From: Bdellovibrio sp.
Lineage (GTDB): Bacteria > Bdellovibrionota > Bdellovibrionia > Bdellovibrionales > Bdellovibrionaceae
DNA length: 64,000 nt
Assembly (NCBI GenBank): GCA_036676395.1
Contig: JAKFCY010000002.1
Location: 1,536,001 to 1,600,000 of the forward strand
Reading direction: 5' to 3'
Part shown: positions 60,912-64,000 of the stretch, in pieces
Numbering within the stretch: position 1 is the stretch's first letter
Layout of the letters: every line of letters starts with the position of its first letter
Position numbers and translations under genes: made by a program
The notes under the pieces: generated by a model
Told to the model about the DNA's origin: nothing
What the model saw: only the letters and a program-made list of their open reading frames with translations
The model's database searches: none

Positions 60912-61847
60912 GTGACAAAGATTACTTATAAACATATTCGAAAAAGCCTAAACTTTGATTTTCAGCCACAATTTTTTATAAGACAGGTTGGAACTGACTT
61001 ACTTTTACTTGCAACGATGTTTGCGTTGTTTCAAACAACATTTGCCGTGATTAATGTTTTTCTAATTCCGGCGTTTATGTTTCGCCAATTTTCGATTTTA
61101 CATGAAGCCGTGCACGGCTTAGCACATCCAAATTCTAAAATTAATGATGCGCTTGGCGTAATTTCTGGTGCTTTTTGCCTAACACCTTATGCCACCTGGA
61201 AAGCAGCTCATCTAAAACACCACTACTGGACAGGCAATCTTAATCAGGATCCAACTTTTGCCATTTTGAAACAATATGAACAATTCTCGGCACTTAAAAA
61301 AAATCTTATCGAATTTACTTGGCGTAAAGGCCTTCCGTTACTTGGTTTTTTACAGCATTTAGGTTTTTGGGTTTTTACATTTAAAAATACGGCGACGTTT
61401 AAAAATGTTTTTAGCTCAGTGATGGTTATAGCTTTATATGCTGCAGTTTTGTCTCAAACCAATCTAGCAAACGCAGTTATTAGTATTATTGGAATCTGCC
61501 TTTATTTTCGTGCTTATGAAGAAATGATCGTGCCCCAACATGTAGGAATGTATTCAGATGATGAAATAGAACACCACCCATCAGCCTGGGATCAGCAAGA
61601 GATTACCCGTTCATGGCCTTTAGCCTCGGGATTAGAAAGATATGTCGTCTTAAATATGAATTATCATACCGAACATCATCTATTTCCAGACCTGCCATGG
61701 CACCAACTGGATAATGCCCATCAACTTTTGTTGCAAGAAAATGAACCCTTAAATTTGATTTCGTTAAAATGGATGAGCGAACAACGCCAAAGACCTTTTG
61801 CCGAAGTTATTATCCCGATACCTAGCCGCAAGAAAAATGCAGCTTAA
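60912..61847 (+). CDS. Membrane fatty acid desaturase
   Basis: His boxes HEAVH, HLKHH, YHTEHH; LFPDLPWHQL; TM segments. Confidence 0.9.
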   Translation: MTKITYKHIRKSLNFDFQPQFFIRQVGTDLLLLATMFALFQTTFAVINVFLIPAFMFRQFSILHEAVHGLAHPNSKINDALGVISGAFCLTPYATWKAAHLKHHYWTGNLNQDPTFAILKQYEQFSALKKNLIEFTWRKGLPLLGFLQHLGFWVFTFKNTATFKNVFSSVMVIALYAAVLSQTNLANAVISIIGICLYFRAYEEMIVPQHVGMYSDDEIEHHPSAWDQQEITRSWPLASGLERYVVLNMNYHTEHHLFPDLPWHQLDNAHQLLLQENEPLNLISLKWMSEQRQRPFAEVIIPIPSRKKNAA

Positions 61848-61849
61848 TA

Positions 61850-62590
61850 CTAAATCATAGCCAGCTTATCCACTTCGGCATCGTAACCTAATACTGTGCC
61901 ACGTAATGAGAATACAAAGCCTTTAACTTCGTTAGAGCCTTCTTCAAAAAGTGGACAGGCAAAACCTGGTTCTACAAGAACTGATGAACATTTAAAACCG
62001 ATAGAATCATCGTTATAAATTTCTTTAAGAATATGACGAGATGAATTAATTTGGGTTGCTGTTTTCATTCTACCCTCCATCATCTGCTGAGCCGCTTCTA
62101 TTAAAGCGTTCATCACAAAAGAAGGTCGCTCCCAAAGCAGGTACCATTCAAGAGTCAGTAAATCTAAAAGCGAATAAGATGAAATTTTAAAGAAATTAAA
62201 CGTTCTAAAAAGCTGAATGCTTTCTGAACTGTATATTTCAATAACGTCATCTTTTTGCACCTTATTCCAAAACTCAGTATCGCGCAGCTCTAAGCCATAC
62301 ATTTTGATGGCTGGCTCGATATAACAGCGTTCACGGTGTTCTGACGAAGGCTGTTCAACTTGTGTAGACATTAATACAACGCTTAAAGCATTTTGCAGCT
62401 GTTTAGCTATGAATTCTTTTTTTTCAAGAGGCATAGTTCTGAAAGCGGCTATAGATTTTGGTGAATATGGTCTGCAAGCATAACCTTGAAGTCTGACAAT
62501 TTGGGCTAATCTTTGTAGGTCTGCTATCAACGACAGTTCTAAGGGAGTAAGGCGCGTGTCTAATGCAAGATTCGAAGCATCAATACTCAT
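61850..62590 (-). CDS. Stand-alone PAS/PAC-like sensor protein
   Basis: DVIEIYSSESIQLFRTFNFFKISSYSLLDLL resembles a PAS core; ACPLFEEGSNEVKGFVF resembles PAC. Confidence 0.55.
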   Translation of the reverse strand: MSIDASNLALDTRLTPLELSLIADLQRLAQIVRLQGYACRPYSPKSIAAFRTMPLEKKEFIAKQLQNALSVVLMSTQVEQPSSEHRERCYIEPAIKMYGLELRDTEFWNKVQKDDVIEIYSSESIQLFRTFNFFKISSYSLLDLLTLEWYLLWERPSFVMNALIEAAQQMMEGRMKTATQINSSRHILKEIYNDDSIGFKCSSVLVEPGFACPLFEEGSNEVKGFVFSLRGTVLGYDAEVDKLAMI

Positions 62591-62868
62591 ACTGACCTTT
62601 TAACCGACTTAGATTTCTTATAAACTTTGGCGGTGATTATATTTTTTGAATCTTCAACCATGACCTTAACCAGCTTGTCGCGGCTTAGATTCAGCACGTC
62701 AATGAGTTTTTCAAAACAGTGATTTGGGGGGGCGCATAGACCGCGCTCCCAGTTAGAGATAAATTGCACGTGAACATTGCCTAGCATATCTGCGAGTTCA
62801 CTTTGGGTTAAATCTAACCCGAGACGTTTTTGCTTCAAATATTGGCCTAAATTTAAAAATTCTGACAT
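62587..62868 (-). CDS. XRE family HTH transcriptional regulator
   Basis: LGQYLKQKR...LTQSELA..LG..QFISNWERG...P; AAGG RBS; ATGA overlap with PAS gene. Confidence 0.92.
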   Translation of the reverse strand: MSEFLNLGQYLKQKRLGLDLTQSELADMLGNVHVQFISNWERGLCAPPNHCFEKLIDVLNLSRDKLVKVMVEDSKNIITAKVYKKSKSVKRSV

Positions 62869-63021
62869 ACTTACCTTATACAATAATTTTTTATTTAGTT
62901 CAATAGGGTTAGTAATTAATACCGTAACCAGTCAACCTGTCAAATTTCGATACACTTTTAGGCTATGACTGCTCCTATAAACGAATCTGGCGCGGCATAT
63001 TCTTCGCTAACTTGAACAGCT

Positions 63022-63735
63022 ATGAAATTAAAATTCCAAATTCTAGCTATAATCCTTTTAGCGACCCAAGTGGCCGCAGCTTATCAGGAAGTGCCGTGGA
63101 CTTGGCAAAAAAGTGACTGTAAAGATTGTGGAATTAATTTTAGGATGTCGACGCAAGATTATAAAGATAATCCTAAAATGGTCGAATTTTTAAAAGCCCT
63201 ATCAACTGAAAAGCACAACATCTTAAAACTCTATAATTCAGATCCCCAAGAATATAATTTACTAGCGCATATGGCGGTTGGAATTTTAGGAAACGAATCT
63301 ACTTACTTTAATAGCATGCGATACAAAGTTAAAAGAAATACGCAGCTACCTATTCAATGGGCCAAGGATCTTAAAGCCTGGTTTGGTGACTACGAAGCAT
63401 CACCTAATAGCAAAGGCCCGACTCAAATTAAAAAAGTGCCTGACCGTATTGAACAGTTTTATAATATTACAGAAAATAACTTATGGCATCCTAAATATGC
63501 TGCTGTTTCTACGATGGCTTTTTTGATCGAAGCCTTAGTTGAACTAAAACAACGCGCGAAAAATAATAATTTAGAAATGATAACGCCAGAAACTTATGTT
63601 GATTATTTACCGTATCTTTACTTTGGTGGCAGCAAAAAGCTTGTGAATCGCACGGCAACACCCGATACAAATATTTATGTTAAAAACATGAAAAAGAACA
63701 TGAAAAAAGTCTCGGTTTTAGAGATCATTCCTTAA
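63022..63735 (+). CDS. Secreted lysozyme/lytic transglycosylase-like protein
   Basis: Signal peptide; GILGNES (catalytic E-S), SKGPTQIK (GxxQ), NLWHPKYAA. Confidence 0.55.
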   Translation: MKLKFQILAIILLATQVAAAYQEVPWTWQKSDCKDCGINFRMSTQDYKDNPKMVEFLKALSTEKHNILKLYNSDPQEYNLLAHMAVGILGNESTYFNSMRYKVKRNTQLPIQWAKDLKAWFGDYEASPNSKGPTQIKKVPDRIEQFYNITENNLWHPKYAAVSTMAFLIEALVELKQRAKNNNLEMITPETYVDYLPYLYFGGSKKLVNRTATPDTNIYVKNMKKNMKKVSVLEIIP

Positions 63736-63736
63736 T

Positions 63737-64000
63737 ATGAAGACAATATTGATTATAAATGGCAGCCCCGCAGGCTCTAACGGCAACTGTAATAAACTGA
63801 TTAAGATGATTCAGAATGATTTGCCTAAATCATTCAAAACTCGAATTGTACACTTAGCCGAAGTTAAGAAGTCTGCAACTCTATATAAAGATATTAAAAA
63901 AGCTTCGGGCTTCATTTTTGTAACCGGCACCTACTGGGATTCATGGGGAAGCCCGTTACAAGAATTTCTAGAAGAAATGACTGATCTTGAAGGCACACCC
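63737..64000 (+). CDS. Flavodoxin-like NAD(P)H-dependent oxidoreductase, 3'-truncated
   Basis: MKTILIINGSPAGSNGNC...FIFVTGTYWDSWGSPLQ; not in the ORF track because it runs off the window. Confidence 0.8.
   Translation, partial: MKTILIINGSPAGSNGNCNKLIKMIQNDLPKSFKTRIVHLAEVKKSATLYKDIKKASGFIFVTGTYWDSWGSPLQEFLEEMTDLEGTP

Overview
AT-rich bacterial chromosome segment. Gene order and the many secreted hypothetical proteins resemble a Bdellovibrionaceae-like predator (inference, no database search). Bases 1-41 kb are mostly housekeeping: lipB, dnaE, cysK, guaAB, miaB, thiolase/ScoAB, pyk, HU, a VKOR-DsbA fusion, lptD, the ffh-rpsP-khpA-rimM-trmD-SPOUT-rplS-rnhB-yraN cluster, prfC and trhO. Bases 41-64 kb are accessory. 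They hold a duplicated cassette (sigma54-like promoter, Q/N-rich microprotein, covarying 3' RNA structure), tRNA-fMet with a possible eroded ~2.4 kb islet, an NfrB/WecB-type exopolysaccharide operon with unusual partners, and a MerR/secreted MBL-hydrolase pair. The best candidate for an undescribed system is a compact four-gene module at 60.1-62.9 kb: a GNAT/LuxI-FeeM-like acyltransferase and a fatty acid desaturase converge on an XRE-HTH and a stand-alone PAS protein, which looks like a non-LuxR acyl-signal circuit. No CRISPR array, rRNA, integrase or transposase was seen. All calls come from motif recognition by eye.
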